Assembly (NCBI GenBank): GCA_964350165.1
Contig: CAYGJA010000003.1
Location: 4,233 to 68,232 of the forward strand
Length of the DNA stretch: 64,000 nt
Origin: an uncultured Candidatus Saccharibacteria bacterium
GTDB lineage: Bacteria; Patescibacteriota; Minisyncoccia; Phycocordibacterales; UBA1006
Direction: 5' to 3'
A program made the translations under genes and the position numbers. The notes under the pieces were generated by a model. That model was given only the letters and a program-made list of their open reading frames with translations. It was not told the origin of the DNA and ran no database searches. Positions 48,518 through 59,375 of the stretch are shown here, in pieces; position 1 is the first letter of the stretch, and every line of letters starts with the position of its first letter.

Positions 48518-50434
48518 CTATATTTTATTTTTATACAAATCAACCGCATAATCACGCCACCAGGTACCAGCATTGGGTCCCCCATTACAGTACCCATCGG
48601 ATTCACCAGGGGTTTTGATCCAGAGATTAGCGTCGTGAGAACCAGCAAAAACAAATCCTGGCACTTCACCCAGACCTCTACCCCACGGGTTACACCACTC
48701 ATATACAGGGCTTTGCCCTTGACCGTTACGACTAGTGTCAACAACATACCCTTTTCCACCTAGCAACGCACTTAAATTGTCCCCGTATTTCTTTGTATCG
48801 ACAGTTCGAACATAGTTAGAAACGTTAAGAGCAAAGCCCCGAGCCATTTTAATGTTAACCAATTGCAATCTCTTTGACATCTCCTTGGCATCTACCCAAA
48901 ACGCATGTCCAGCATCAATATACACATAAGAATTATCAACCGTAGACAATGTCGTTACGGCATAATTAATTGCGTCAATTCTTCTTTGCTGAGAATCAGA
49001 ATCCAAACAATTAAGCATTGCGAGCGCGTCAGGTTCTACAATAAAAACGGCGTTTTCTGTTGTTGCCTGTTTTATCTGATCAATCCAAGAACGATACGCC
49101 TCATAAGAATTTGCCCCACCAGAGGAATACAGACCACAATCACGCTGAGGAATATTATAAAGAACAAACACCGGTATCACATTGTCTAATCGAGCAGCCA
49201 ACATTGCTCGCTCAATTAGCTTAAAATCATAAGAATTCCCGTTTAGCCAAGTTGATTGCGGTTGACTACTAATATAATTTAACGCACTCAGAACTTCGGA
49301 AGGAGCACCAGCCATGCGTGCTTGTCTCAAATCAGACTCTATGGCTGGTTTTTCAGCAAAATACAGACCAGAGACATTTCCCCAGTCCTCCAATTTTTTA
49401 GCGCTAGAAGCAAGAGGGGCGCTTTTTTTTACAGTATCAGACACGACAACCTCATCTTGATTCTGAGGGATGTCTGGTTGCAATATTCCACCTTGAGCCA
49501 AAATTCCCCCACTTTCTTGAACAGGATTTGTATTTTCACCAATATCAACCTGCCCATCAAGACCTTCAAGGATTACATCGTTGCCATTTTGACGACGAAA
49601 AGTTAGTTCAATCTGTGATAGGCGTTCTCCGGAAATATTTTCAAATATGAGAGTAATAGGATAGGGCCCTTCTCCCTTCCACCACCAGCCAGAAAAATTA
49701 ATTGACAAAATAGGGTTGCCAAATTCATCACGCTTGTTCACGATGTTTTCGTGTCCACCCTCAACACTCCAATACACATTAAAATCACGAGCATCTAGAT
49801 CGGCAATATCGACAAGCACGTCTTGTGTTATCCAGTCTTTTTTTTCTTGTGTTAGCCAGACAAGCCGTGCTTTCCCCTCCTTTGCACTACTAACACCGGC
49901 GACGATTGGCTTGGGTTTGTCTCCCTCCTCTCCTGTCAAGATATTTTTTGAGCGAGGCAGTTGAGCATTCGGTTCGGCTTGAACTTTTTTGGTTTCTGTA
50001 CTGATACTCACCAAATCTTGCTCAATGGTATAGACGACTCGGCGAGAACTGGCAACTTCGACGCCGTCTTGGTAAGCATGAAAAATAACTTCATACCGAT
50101 TGTCTTTTCTCCAATTCCAATCATCAACAACAACACTGTCCGTGTAGTTAATGCCGTCAAAACCAAGAACTCCGCTACGAACACCCCCATCCACAGACCA
50201 ACGAAATTCATCAGCGCCACTTTTTAATAGGGGTCGAACACGAAAGGTTTGAGTCCCTGACACATAGACATTATCCAAGGGCAAAACAATCCCGAGATCT
50301 TCTGATAAAAAATTACCACCAAGATCCGTCTCCACAGAGCCAAAGCGATAAATCGCCATAGTCAGCAGAAACAACAAAGAAAGCACTAGCACACTTTCCT
50401 TTACTAATTTTTTTGTAATTCTACCTATCTTCAT
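48518..50434 (-). CDS. Membrane-anchored glycoside hydrolase family 6 with N-terminal beta-rich domains
   Basis: PVFVLYNIPQRDCG, IVEPDALA, YIDAGH, FALNVSNY, VDTSRNG, WIKTPGESDG. Confidence 0.92.
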   Translation of the reverse strand: MKIGRITKKLVKESVLVLSLLFLLTMAIYRFGSVETDLGGNFLSEDLGIVLPLDNVYVSGTQTFRVRPLLKSGADEFRWSVDGGVRSGVLGFDGINYTDSVVVDDWNWRKDNRYEVIFHAYQDGVEVASSRRVVYTIEQDLVSISTETKKVQAEPNAQLPRSKNILTGEEGDKPKPIVAGVSSAKEGKARLVWLTQEKKDWITQDVLVDIADLDARDFNVYWSVEGGHENIVNKRDEFGNPILSINFSGWWWKGEGPYPITLIFENISGERLSQIELTFRRQNGNDVILEGLDGQVDIGENTNPVQESGGILAQGGILQPDIPQNQDEVVVSDTVKKSAPLASSAKKLEDWGNVSGLYFAEKPAIESDLRQARMAGAPSEVLSALNYISSQPQSTWLNGNSYDFKLIERAMLAARLDNVIPVFVLYNIPQRDCGLYSSGGANSYEAYRSWIDQIKQATTENAVFIVEPDALAMLNCLDSDSQQRRIDAINYAVTTLSTVDNSYVYIDAGHAFWVDAKEMSKRLQLVNIKMARGFALNVSNYVRTVDTKKYGDNLSALLGGKGYVVDTSRNGQGQSPVYEWCNPWGRGLGEVPGFVFAGSHDANLWIKTPGESDGYCNGGPNAGTWWRDYAVDLYKNKI

Positions 50435-50474
50435 GAATATTACAGGATATCACATCAAAAACTAAATCTCGCCA

Positions 50475-51521
50475 CTACAAAAGTTCTGGGTTTTTAAGTT
50501 TTAACAAACCCCGCAAATCTTTTACCTTGTGAACAGAGTCCCGATGAACAATCAAAAGAGCATCTGGGGTTTCTACCACATAGATATCCTGAACACCAAC
50601 CACCGCAATATGTTTTGTGGCACCATGAGTCAACGTTCCCAAAGCATCAACATAAGTCACGTTAGCATTTTCACATACAAAATCTTTCTCTTTTGATGGA
50701 TTCTGCAATTCAAGTAACGAGCGCCAGTTGCCAACATCACTCCATCTCATTTCTGTTTTCACAACACTCTGCTCTTTTTTGTGAACGGTATACAAATCTT
50801 CAATCGAACCGCTAGGCATAGTTGAGAAAATCTTATCTATATCTGTTGTATCAACAGAATACAAACTCTCGACTTCTTCTAAAAAGTTTCGAGCCTTCAT
50901 TACCTTGTAACCAGTATTCCACAAATAGCGACCTGATTTTACAAATTTTTTAGCCTTACTGTATTTTGGTTTTTCTAAAAATTTTTTCACTCCGTACACA
51001 TCACCCAATCCTTTTCTCGTTATTTTTATGTATCCAAAACCTATCTCAGGATAATACGGTTTAGTTCCTACAGAAACAAGCTCTTCTGGGTTACGTTCAA
51101 CGCGGGAAAAAGCATTAATCAGGGCGTTTTCAAATAAGTCTTCATCAAAAATATAGTGGTCTGACCAGACAACAGCGACCTGCGCGTCAGGATTACGACG
51201 ATAAATATCTGATATTCCCAAAACAATCGCAGGAAAATTATCCTTACGCTCTGGCTCGATAATAATCCGGTCATTAGATACTAAGGGTAGCTGCTCGCGA
51301 ACATGTTCAGAAAAATCTTGATTGCAAACGGTAATCACTTTTTCACTTCCAACAAGACGAGAACAGCGACCCTCCATCAGCTGAAATAAGCTCTTGCTGT
51401 TATCAAAAATCTGATGAAACTGCTTAGGAAAGCACTCGCGAGACAAAGGCCAAAGCCGACTGCCTACACCACCCGCAACCAAGAGAATATACCGATCTTT
51501 GCTTTTATCTTTTGCGTCCAT
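50475..51521 (-). CDS. manC: Mannose-1-phosphate guanylyltransferase
   Basis: AGGVGSRLWPLSR..PKQF, IEPERKD, SDHYI, FLEKP, LWNTG, WSDVGNW. Confidence 0.9.
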   Translation of the reverse strand: MDAKDKSKDRYILLVAGGVGSRLWPLSRECFPKQFHQIFDNSKSLFQLMEGRCSRLVGSEKVITVCNQDFSEHVREQLPLVSNDRIIIEPERKDNFPAIVLGISDIYRRNPDAQVAVVWSDHYIFDEDLFENALINAFSRVERNPEELVSVGTKPYYPEIGFGYIKITRKGLGDVYGVKKFLEKPKYSKAKKFVKSGRYLWNTGYKVMKARNFLEEVESLYSVDTTDIDKIFSTMPSGSIEDLYTVHKKEQSVVKTEMRWSDVGNWRSLLELQNPSKEKDFVCENANVTYVDALGTLTHGATKHIAVVGVQDIYVVETPDALLIVHRDSVHKVKDLRGLLKLKNPELL

Positions 51522-51522
51522 A

Positions 51523-54198
51523 CTACTTCAGTGCCCCTTCTTTCCACAGATTAGGTAAATTACCATTAAAAAGAGCGAGGCCCAACCAAGACCAATTGTT
51601 GGTGTAATAGTTAGCGTCTCCATCTCCCCAGTAAGCTATTTCCAATTCGTCGTCGACAGTGAATTGTTGAGTAAACCGAGTATCATACATCTCAGAAACC
51701 AGCTCCGGATCACCAGAAAACTTTAAGCCAGATATTATTCCAGCCTCCACGGCAGAAGAAGAATAACTAACCTGAGATATCCCGCTCAAGCCATAAATAG
51801 CTGAAAAACGACCACGACGAGACCATTCTCTTTCCCAAAAAGCAGTGTATCTATCCAAATAAGTAATGGCAGCGTCACTGCCGAACCACTCTGCGTCCAA
51901 GCCAACTCTCCAGAACACCCGAAAAGCGTCAAAACCAAAAGCGTCTGCTCCACCGCCGCTTGAAGCATATCGGCTAGCGCTCTCCAACACGCCATTGTTT
52001 GCGTTTACCATAATCCAATTTGGAGGCAAACCAGGATTCGCACCCCCCTGTATTCGCAAACGGTTAAGCACTGAGTAAGTATCTTCAGCTAACGCCAACC
52101 ACTTATGATCAGTTTTTTTGTCAAACTCAGCAAAAATGCGGTAGTGCCCCGGAGAAAAGTATGAAGGGTTAACTAAATACCAGTCACCTCTTGTTGCGGA
52201 CTTTTTCTCTGTAGCTAACAAATAATAATTACCTCGCACAGACACCACAGACTGCTCCCAAATGGCATCCAAAAGATCTTGTGCGTCTTCGTAATAAGCA
52301 GGATTATCAAATATCTTTCCGGCAAAAATAAGAGCCAGTGCTGCATCTAGATCGGCGTCTATAGCAGGATTAGAGTCGACCTGCTTACCGTCTCGCCATT
52401 GCCAAGAAAGCAAATTGTCTTGAACACGGTGTTGCAAATGGTCCTGTGTCCATAACCAAATACCATCAAAAGCATCTTCGTCCGCCATGACCACCGCCCG
52501 AAGCATTGCATACGCCTGCCCTTCAGATGTAGTATTTCTCGTGTCAGGGTCAATAACTTGGCCATAATCAAAAATAAAATTTTGCTTATAATAATTCCAA
52601 GCAAATTGAAGCTGGGTCTCTGTGGTTCCGTTTATTTTATAAATAGCGGCCCAGTCTCCATTCGTACTACGAAAATCTTGAATATCAAGATAGGCAGTAC
52701 TTCCTTCCGTCCATTTTATAAGCGGTCTTGAGTTTCTAATAGCATCTCGCACCACAGGCAAATCATTCACTTCGGATTGATAAATCATTTCGTGAGACAA
52801 AAACACATAATCAAGGTTCCTCCAGTCATTTTTATATTTTTCAAACCGAATCTCTGGGTCAAGGGCAATCTTGAAATACCAGTCGGCATTATCAAAAACC
52901 TTATCATTTACATAATCTGGATTATGTAATTCGGTGAGTGCATAAACATCAGTCATAATAGCGGCATTTTTCGGCAAATTCTCTTTTACCCACCGAATGG
53001 CTGCAACCTGATTTCTGGTTTCGTTCTTTGTAAGGTATTTAGGTATGTGTTTTGGGTAATACCCAACCAAAACCACCAAAAGAGGAAGTCCTACGAACAA
53101 AACCTTTACCCAATGAGGCCAGCGAATAATCAAACTATTCTCCTCTAACCATTTAATAAGTGAGACTGCGGTTATCACGGCAAAGGGAACTAGTGGCAAA
53201 ATATAAAAGCCGATTACCACCCCTCCCCGAATTAAGAAGTAAAAATAAAACAGAGTCGAAAGAGCTATAAAACGATATTTTCTTGAGGCGCACGCCAAGA
53301 ATATTGCCGAAAGCACACAAATCCCCAAAAAATAGACATATAATTTATCGAGCAACATCCACGAACCCAAATTATCAACAAAAGAACTGGCCGGGTGCCA
53401 AAAAGGCACCTCGGTACCTCGAGAGGCCTGATATTGAGTGGAGCCAATAAGACTCACTCTTCCTGAATTTGGAAAAAATTCTGTTTTTATCAGTGCGTAG
53501 ATAAACCACAGACTAAGAACAGAGCCCGAGATAGCTAGCCAACCAAATATTCTAAAGTTCTTTTTTATCGGCCAATGAGATGTTACTACTTTCCACAAAA
53601 GAGGTGGGCCAAACATTACAGAAGTGACTTTGGTTACAACCGCAAATCCAAAAACGAGACCACTTGAGAGCACGCTACTTAGGTTCATTTTGGGCCGATG
53701 AAGTAGTGCCGTGGAAATCAAGAGCCAAGTCACCATAATATTGTCGAGAAGGATACGTCTTTGAAAATAAACTGTCACTGGTGAAATAGTGAAGAGTAAG
53801 CCAGCCAAAAGCGCTAGCCAGCGAGATCCGGTTATTTTTTTGGCTAGATACACCACCAACCAAAGTTGCACCAAATGCAACACCAACATAAAAGCTCGAC
53901 CCGTGTTCAGAGAATTACCAAAAGTATTCCAATCTCCTCCAATCAAATCAACCCAGGCTCCCAGCACATACCAACCAAAGGGAGGGTGGTCGTACCAATA
54001 CGTATAAGGCGTCAATTCTCCAGTGCTTTCTACTGACCAAGCCTGTGACATATAAGTACCCTCGTCACTTTCATAGTAAGGATACGCAAACATGTTGTAA
54101 CCATGAAGAAACAAGGCCAATCCAAACAAAAACACAGTTGCCACCTGATAACCGTTTTTGTTAAAAAAATTCTTTATTTTTAAAAAAATATGTTTCAT
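51523..54198 (-). CDS. GT-C (PMT/ArnT-like) glycosyltransferase fused to GH8 glycanase
   Basis: N-terminal DEGTYMSQAW...YDHPPFGW plus multiple TMs; C-terminal TTSEGQAYAMLRAV, PAIDADLD, VNPSYFSP, FDAFRVFWR. Confidence 0.88.
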   Translation of the reverse strand: MKHIFLKIKNFFNKNGYQVATVFLFGLALFLHGYNMFAYPYYESDEGTYMSQAWSVESTGELTPYTYWYDHPPFGWYVLGAWVDLIGGDWNTFGNSLNTGRAFMLVLHLVQLWLVVYLAKKITGSRWLALLAGLLFTISPVTVYFQRRILLDNIMVTWLLISTALLHRPKMNLSSVLSSGLVFGFAVVTKVTSVMFGPPLLWKVVTSHWPIKKNFRIFGWLAISGSVLSLWFIYALIKTEFFPNSGRVSLIGSTQYQASRGTEVPFWHPASSFVDNLGSWMLLDKLYVYFLGICVLSAIFLACASRKYRFIALSTLFYFYFLIRGGVVIGFYILPLVPFAVITAVSLIKWLEENSLIIRWPHWVKVLFVGLPLLVVLVGYYPKHIPKYLTKNETRNQVAAIRWVKENLPKNAAIMTDVYALTELHNPDYVNDKVFDNADWYFKIALDPEIRFEKYKNDWRNLDYVFLSHEMIYQSEVNDLPVVRDAIRNSRPLIKWTEGSTAYLDIQDFRSTNGDWAAIYKINGTTETQLQFAWNYYKQNFIFDYGQVIDPDTRNTTSEGQAYAMLRAVVMADEDAFDGIWLWTQDHLQHRVQDNLLSWQWRDGKQVDSNPAIDADLDAALALIFAGKIFDNPAYYEDAQDLLDAIWEQSVVSVRGNYYLLATEKKSATRGDWYLVNPSYFSPGHYRIFAEFDKKTDHKWLALAEDTYSVLNRLRIQGGANPGLPPNWIMVNANNGVLESASRYASSGGGADAFGFDAFRVFWRVGLDAEWFGSDAAITYLDRYTAFWEREWSRRGRFSAIYGLSGISQVSYSSSAVEAGIISGLKFSGDPELVSEMYDTRFTQQFTVDDELEIAYWGDGDANYYTNNWSWLGLALFNGNLPNLWKEGALK

Positions 54199-54202
54199 GA
54201 TC

Positions 54203-56697
54203 TTATTGTGCGGTTTGTGTTTCTCTTGCCAAAACATCTACACCGCTACCAGCATCAACCCTGTGATTATTTAAGTGCTCAGTCTTCTCCCAAGAAGTAT
54301 TATTTTTTAGGTTGCGGTACATGGCCCTGATACCTGCAAAAGCCAAGAGTATGGTGTAGGGATAAAAAGAAAGAACAATAAAAGGTATTCTTAGCCAAGG
54401 AAAAGGTTTATTGTATTCCTGCGTAAACTCATATAACCCCAAAAGCTGAACCACCACAAAGATTAAAAACAATATCAAAGGAATGTTTGATAGCACTGCG
54501 ACAGTGGGAGGCAGGTCAACCATAAACATGGTTGCAATACCAAAAGGAAGCACCATAAAAAGAACCAGCAAGGTGAATGGCCAGCTTAGCACATAGAGAG
54601 CCAAAAGCTTTTGGCGCAAAGTAGGAAAACGAAGCCAAACGCCTCGACTAATAATTTGAAGAAATCCTTGTGCCCACCTTGTTCGTTGCTTCACGAAACT
54701 CCACAACGAAGGAGGTGTCTCTTCCTGAGTTGCATGTTCTGCGTCGTAAACAACACCAATCCTTGCCCCAGCCTGAGACAAACGAATTCCGACATCTGCA
54801 TCTTCGGTAAGACAAGAGTTGTCCCAGCCACCAACATGGTTCAGCCAGCTTCTCTTGAAAAAAACCGTAACCCCTCCAAGCGTAGTCACTCCCTGGTTTG
54901 CAAAATAATGCAGAGAGGACTTAAACCAAAAATAATATTCCAGTACATTAAACAATGAATACCAACGATAATCATAATTCATCAACTGAACACCAGACTG
55001 CACCACATCCAGATTTCTTTGAATCATTTCCGTATTTATAATATGGAATAATTCAGTATGAGGCTCATCTTCAGCATCAAAAATCACGACCACATCGCCT
55101 CGTGATTCTTTGAGTGCGTGATTAAGCCCATGAGGCTTGTTAACGGGAGCGACATCATACGTAACCAATCGCAGATTTGACTTCCCAATAGTGTCAATCG
55201 TTTCGCGAACAATACCGATTGTTCCATCATCAGTACCCTCATGGATTACCACAATTACCTCGAACATATGCTCAGGGTAACTCATGGAGCTTAGTGTTTT
55301 TAGCGTATCGGCAATTGCATATCGCTCATGTTTACAAGGAACAATTGCGGTAAATGAAAATTCAGGAGTAACGTATTGCTTCGGAGAAGTGTGCACGGCC
55401 CCGTCTTCTCCCTCGGCATCCATCCAAGAGAAGATCATGAGATACAGAGCAAAAAGGCCTTGCAAGATAATAAAGGAGTACGCCAGTACAAGAATAAAAT
55501 AACCAGTGTCCTTGACTGAGACAAAATCAGTCACTACCGCCAAAGAAACAAATATCCCTAATAATACCAAAAAATACCTGTTCGCATTTCGAAATCCAGA
55601 TACAACAAATGGTCTTACCAACAAAAAAGAAACTAGCCCTCCCACGAACACAGACACGATATATTGCATCATTGTCCCTTGAAAGAAATGTTGCTGCATC
55701 CAAAATATAGAAAAAGCCACCAAAACAGACCAGACTATTGACAAGGATAGTGGGGTCATATTTTTTTTCTTCTGACTATTGGAGAAAATCCAATCAGAAG
55801 CAGTTATGGAGAGAATAAATGTCAAAAACAACACTAGCAATATACCTTCAAAAGCAAAGAAACCAGAGTTCTTTGCACCAAAAAAAACCTCTAAATAATG
55901 AGCGGCGGCGGTCAAAGCAGTAAGAAAGAGGACCAAAAAAAAGTGCTTGAGTAAAGGGTTCCCAAAAGAGGTTTTTCTAAAAATTGTGGCTATATCAGAA
56001 ATGAAACGTAGCCCCTGGCCAGCACTAGCCTTGCTTTCTTCATTTTCGCGCGACATAAAAGTAAAAGGAATATCCTGAACTCTTAAGCCCTCCTCTCTAA
56101 CCAACAACTCCACAAGAATTTTAAAACCATAAGACCCAAAAGTTATTTTCTCCAAAATATTTGCCCGAAAAGCAAAGAAACCAGTCATAGGATCAGTTGT
56201 TTTTTGGGTTCCAGGCAACACAGCCCATACGAACCAAGTAGCAACTCTAGAAACAATCCTGCGATACCGACTAGACAGACCATCGGCACTACCCCCCTTT
56301 GTATAGCGACTAGCTATCACAAGGTCTCGCTCCCCTCTTCTTAATACATTCAGAAGATCTACTATTTTTCCGGAGGATGTTGAAGATCCGTATCCATGCA
56401 AACGATAAATTCGCCCTTTGCTTGTGCGAAGCCTGCCTGAAAAGCCCTAGTAAGACCAGTTTTTGCTTCTTTTCCTTCTCGTTTTAGCAAACTAATATTG
56501 GGACATAGTCGTTGTTGCTCTCGAATAATATCGGCGGTATCATCAAAACTATCGTCAACAAAAAGATATTCTGCTTCTAAATTATTTTGAGCAACAACAG
56601 TCTGTAACCGTTGCACCAAAGGCCGTATGTTTGCCGACTCGTTAAAAGTAGGCAAAACAATCGATATTTCTGGCCTTGAACGCAAAAATTTTGACAT
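54203..56697 (-). CDS. Frameshifted fusion: DPM1-like GT2 + membrane region + processive GT2 (cellulose-synthase-like)
   Basis: ORF 56362-56697 ends ...MDTDLQHPPEK*, and the same domain continues IVDLL...ASRY...TDPMTGFF in ORF 54203-56401; C-terminal NKPHGLN, FDAED, LTEDAD, QRTRW. Confidence 0.85.
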
Positions 56698-56702
56698 GAA
56701 CC

Positions 56703-58532
56703 TTAAGCTTTAGCTTTTAAGTCCTGATCAACAAGAGCCGCCATTTTTTTTCCTTCTTCAACCGCGTAATTAGTTCCCCTATCATCGGGAAATATTTGAG
56801 AGAAATTAGCAAGATATACGCCCGGGATAACACTTCGATAAGGTGGAATCTTTTTTTCATAATCAACATCAACGATATGCTGAGCGTTTCTTAATCTAAA
56901 TATTTTTTGAGCAGTAATATCATTCTTGGTGAAATCGGGAAAGAGTGCTTGAGCACCCTCTACCCACAAATCAGTAAGCTCCTCATCCGTCATAGAGAAA
57001 TACTTATGATCATGAGGAACATACGCACCAATATAATAAACATGTTTACCGTCTAAGTTTTCTGGACCAATCAACGCTGACAAACTAAGTAAAACAAGGA
57101 AAGGATGGTTGATGTCATTTATATTGTGCCAATAGTATTTTGTTAGAGGTCGGTCTGTCATAAAAACCATGGTAACGGCGCCTATGTAGTCAATACTGTT
57201 GTATTTTGCTTTCTGCAAACCACTGATTCTGGAATCACCTTCGAGTAATTTTGAAAAAATATGAGTAGGCACCGTGGCGACACAAGCATCATAAACAGAT
57301 TCCCCTGATCCCACTTCTTGCAAATAAATCTTTCCATTGTGTTCTTTTATTCCTTCTAGAGTCACCTCTGTGCGGATCTGAACGCCCATTGCCCTGCACT
57401 GATCAGCCAGAGCGTCAGTAAAGTTGTGCCAACCGCCAAGAAAATAACCGAGTTTTTCCGTTACGTCTCCCTTGTCTTTAGAGTTTGCCCGGACATGAAC
57501 GCGAGACCAGACATAGGACATTGCGATTTTGTCAAAATAATTGAAAAATTTACCCTTCAGGATTGGTTCCCAGATAACACGAGTCACTTTTTCGCCACCC
57601 CATCTCATCATCCATTTGTAGGCAGAAATTTTTGCAAATCCTCTCCATTTTTTTACCTTACCCAAATACAATGCAATTACACCAGCGCGAATGCGGTCAA
57701 AAAGAGAAAGGGGCTTGAATCGAAGCAGATCCATTGGAGTCATGAAAGGATACAAAACACCATCGTAATACAAAGACAGTGAGCTTTGAAAGAATTTTAG
57801 GCGATCAGCAACCCCTAGTTCTTTTGCTAAATCAATAATATGGTGGTCTGTTTTGTAAATAAAGTGATACGCCTTCTCCAGAGCAACGCCCTCAAGCTCA
57901 AAATCAGCAACTAAGCCGCCCACATCAGACGATCGTTCAATGATATCTACTCTGTAGCCTTTTTTTGCTAACTGATAAGCAGTAACCAGACCAGTGAAGC
58001 CGGCACCAACCACGGCAATTTTTTGCGCTGATTCGCCTGACGCCAAACCATCAGAGAAAGAATCTATTGGTGGGGCCGTCTTGATTGGCACAGCTGATTC
58101 GGAGGGCTTTTTTTTGTTAAATTTTTTAAATGTAATGTTTGCGTTCAGCAGATATTGAATAAGAACGATTGGTGGCAAAGATATGATTTTAGCAATGTTT
58201 CCATTCATATCATGACCAGAGGTAAGCTGGTGAATAATTAAAGCACTCAATGCCAACCCCAAGAAGCTAACCCCCAAAAAAAGCCCCATCCTAGCCGCAA
58301 GCATGTCTTTTACACGAAAATTATGGAAAGCATTAAGAATAAAACTATAGATAGTCGCCATACCTACAGACACCACCGTGGCTAGTGTGGGATCAAAATT
58401 CAAATGGGTATACAAAACATAAAAAGCAACCACATCAAGCAGGGCGGCACTCCCACCAATAACACCGTACATGAGTACCTGTCGATATTTTTTAATCATT
58501 TTTTTGGCAAATATAAACAACATATAAAACAA
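56703..58532 (-). CDS. GtrA-like flippase domain fused to an FAD-dependent oxidoreductase
   Basis: Four-TM GtrA-like N-terminus (YGVIGG...SFILNAFHNF); IAVVGAGFTGLVTAYQL...VGGL, LEKAYHFI, PDDRGTNYAV; start uncertain. Confidence 0.8.
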   Translation of the reverse strand: MFYMLFIFAKKMIKKYRQVLMYGVIGGSAALLDVVAFYVLYTHLNFDPTLATVVSVGMATIYSFILNAFHNFRVKDMLAARMGLFLGVSFLGLALSALIIHQLTSGHDMNGNIAKIISLPPIVLIQYLLNANITFKKFNKKKPSESAVPIKTAPPIDSFSDGLASGESAQKIAVVGAGFTGLVTAYQLAKKGYRVDIIERSSDVGGLVADFELEGVALEKAYHFIYKTDHHIIDLAKELGVADRLKFFQSSLSLYYDGVLYPFMTPMDLLRFKPLSLFDRIRAGVIALYLGKVKKWRGFAKISAYKWMMRWGGEKVTRVIWEPILKGKFFNYFDKIAMSYVWSRVHVRANSKDKGDVTEKLGYFLGGWHNFTDALADQCRAMGVQIRTEVTLEGIKEHNGKIYLQEVGSGESVYDACVATVPTHIFSKLLEGDSRISGLQKAKYNSIDYIGAVTMVFMTDRPLTKYYWHNINDINHPFLVLLSLSALIGPENLDGKHVYYIGAYVPHDHKYFSMTDEELTDLWVEGAQALFPDFTKNDITAQKIFRLRNAQHIVDVDYEKKIPPYRSVIPGVYLANFSQIFPDDRGTNYAVEEGKKMAALVDQDLKAKA

Positions 58533-58619
58533 ACAACCGCTCCTTTCGCGGACACAAAAAGCTAATCTAACGAGAGAGGTCTTATGTCGGCTGGATTATG
58601 TAAGAAAAAAGAACCAAAG

Positions 58620-59375
58620 TCAACGTTTCTTGTTTTTCTTGCCAAAAAATTCTTTCGCTTCTTCTAGATGCTCGTGCGTACCGATATCAAACCATGCGCC
58701 TTTGATAGGATAAGCATAGATACTTGCGCCGGCATTAACTAAATAACTAATAGACTCCCCCGCATTCATTTCCTTCTCTGATTCCCAGGCTACATAGGCA
58801 TTATGTAAATGAGGAAGATGATCGGAATGAATGAGGTACGTCATAATCCCCACCAAATCAGAAGGAGGGACCTCTGGCTTCTCAACAAAATGAGTCACTT
58901 TCCCGAACTCATCTACACCAGCGACTCCACATCGACGACAAATCTCAATCGGGCTTTTTTTAGTTGCGATAACTGATTGCTGTTTTTCCTGGAATAAGGC
59001 CAACATGTCAGCAAAAGAATCTTCAAAAATACCATCTCCGGCAGAAATAAGCACATGATCCTCATCTCCCGCCTCACGAAGCCCCAAAATGAAATCACCC
59101 ACGGCGCCCAAGCGATTTTCGTTGCTTGTCGTCTTGTCATTAAGAACTACAATTTCAAAAGTGTATTTTTGATTCTCGGCCCATTGAACAAAATCGAGAT
59201 AAAATCGATCATTAGACACAAGGACCACCTTGTCAAAAACACCTAGGACTTCGAGTTTGTCCAAAAAATGAGCAAGGATTTCTTTGTCTCCCACCTCAAG
59301 CAAAGCCTTAGCTTTGTTCTCTGTCAAAGGATGTAGTCTCGTAGCGTATCCTGCAACTGGAATTATGGCTTTCAT
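58620..59375 (-). CDS. Sugar-phosphate nucleotidyltransferase
   Basis: MKAIIPVAGYATRLHPLTENKAKALL, FVEKP, WFDIGT. Confidence 0.9.
   Translation of the reverse strand: MKAIIPVAGYATRLHPLTENKAKALLEVGDKEILAHFLDKLEVLGVFDKVVLVSNDRFYLDFVQWAENQKYTFEIVVLNDKTTSNENRLGAVGDFILGLREAGDEDHVLISAGDGIFEDSFADMLALFQEKQQSVIATKKSPIEICRRCGVAGVDEFGKVTHFVEKPEVPPSDLVGIMTYLIHSDHLPHLHNAYVAWESEKEMNAGESISYLVNAGASIYAYPIKGAWFDIGTHEHLEEAKEFFGKKNKKR

Noticed and set aside
56362-56372. Programmed -1 ribosomal frameshift
   Set aside because: G-GAA-AAA is not a canonical X-XXY-YYZ slippery heptamer and the break falls mid-domain; a homopolymer indel is simpler.
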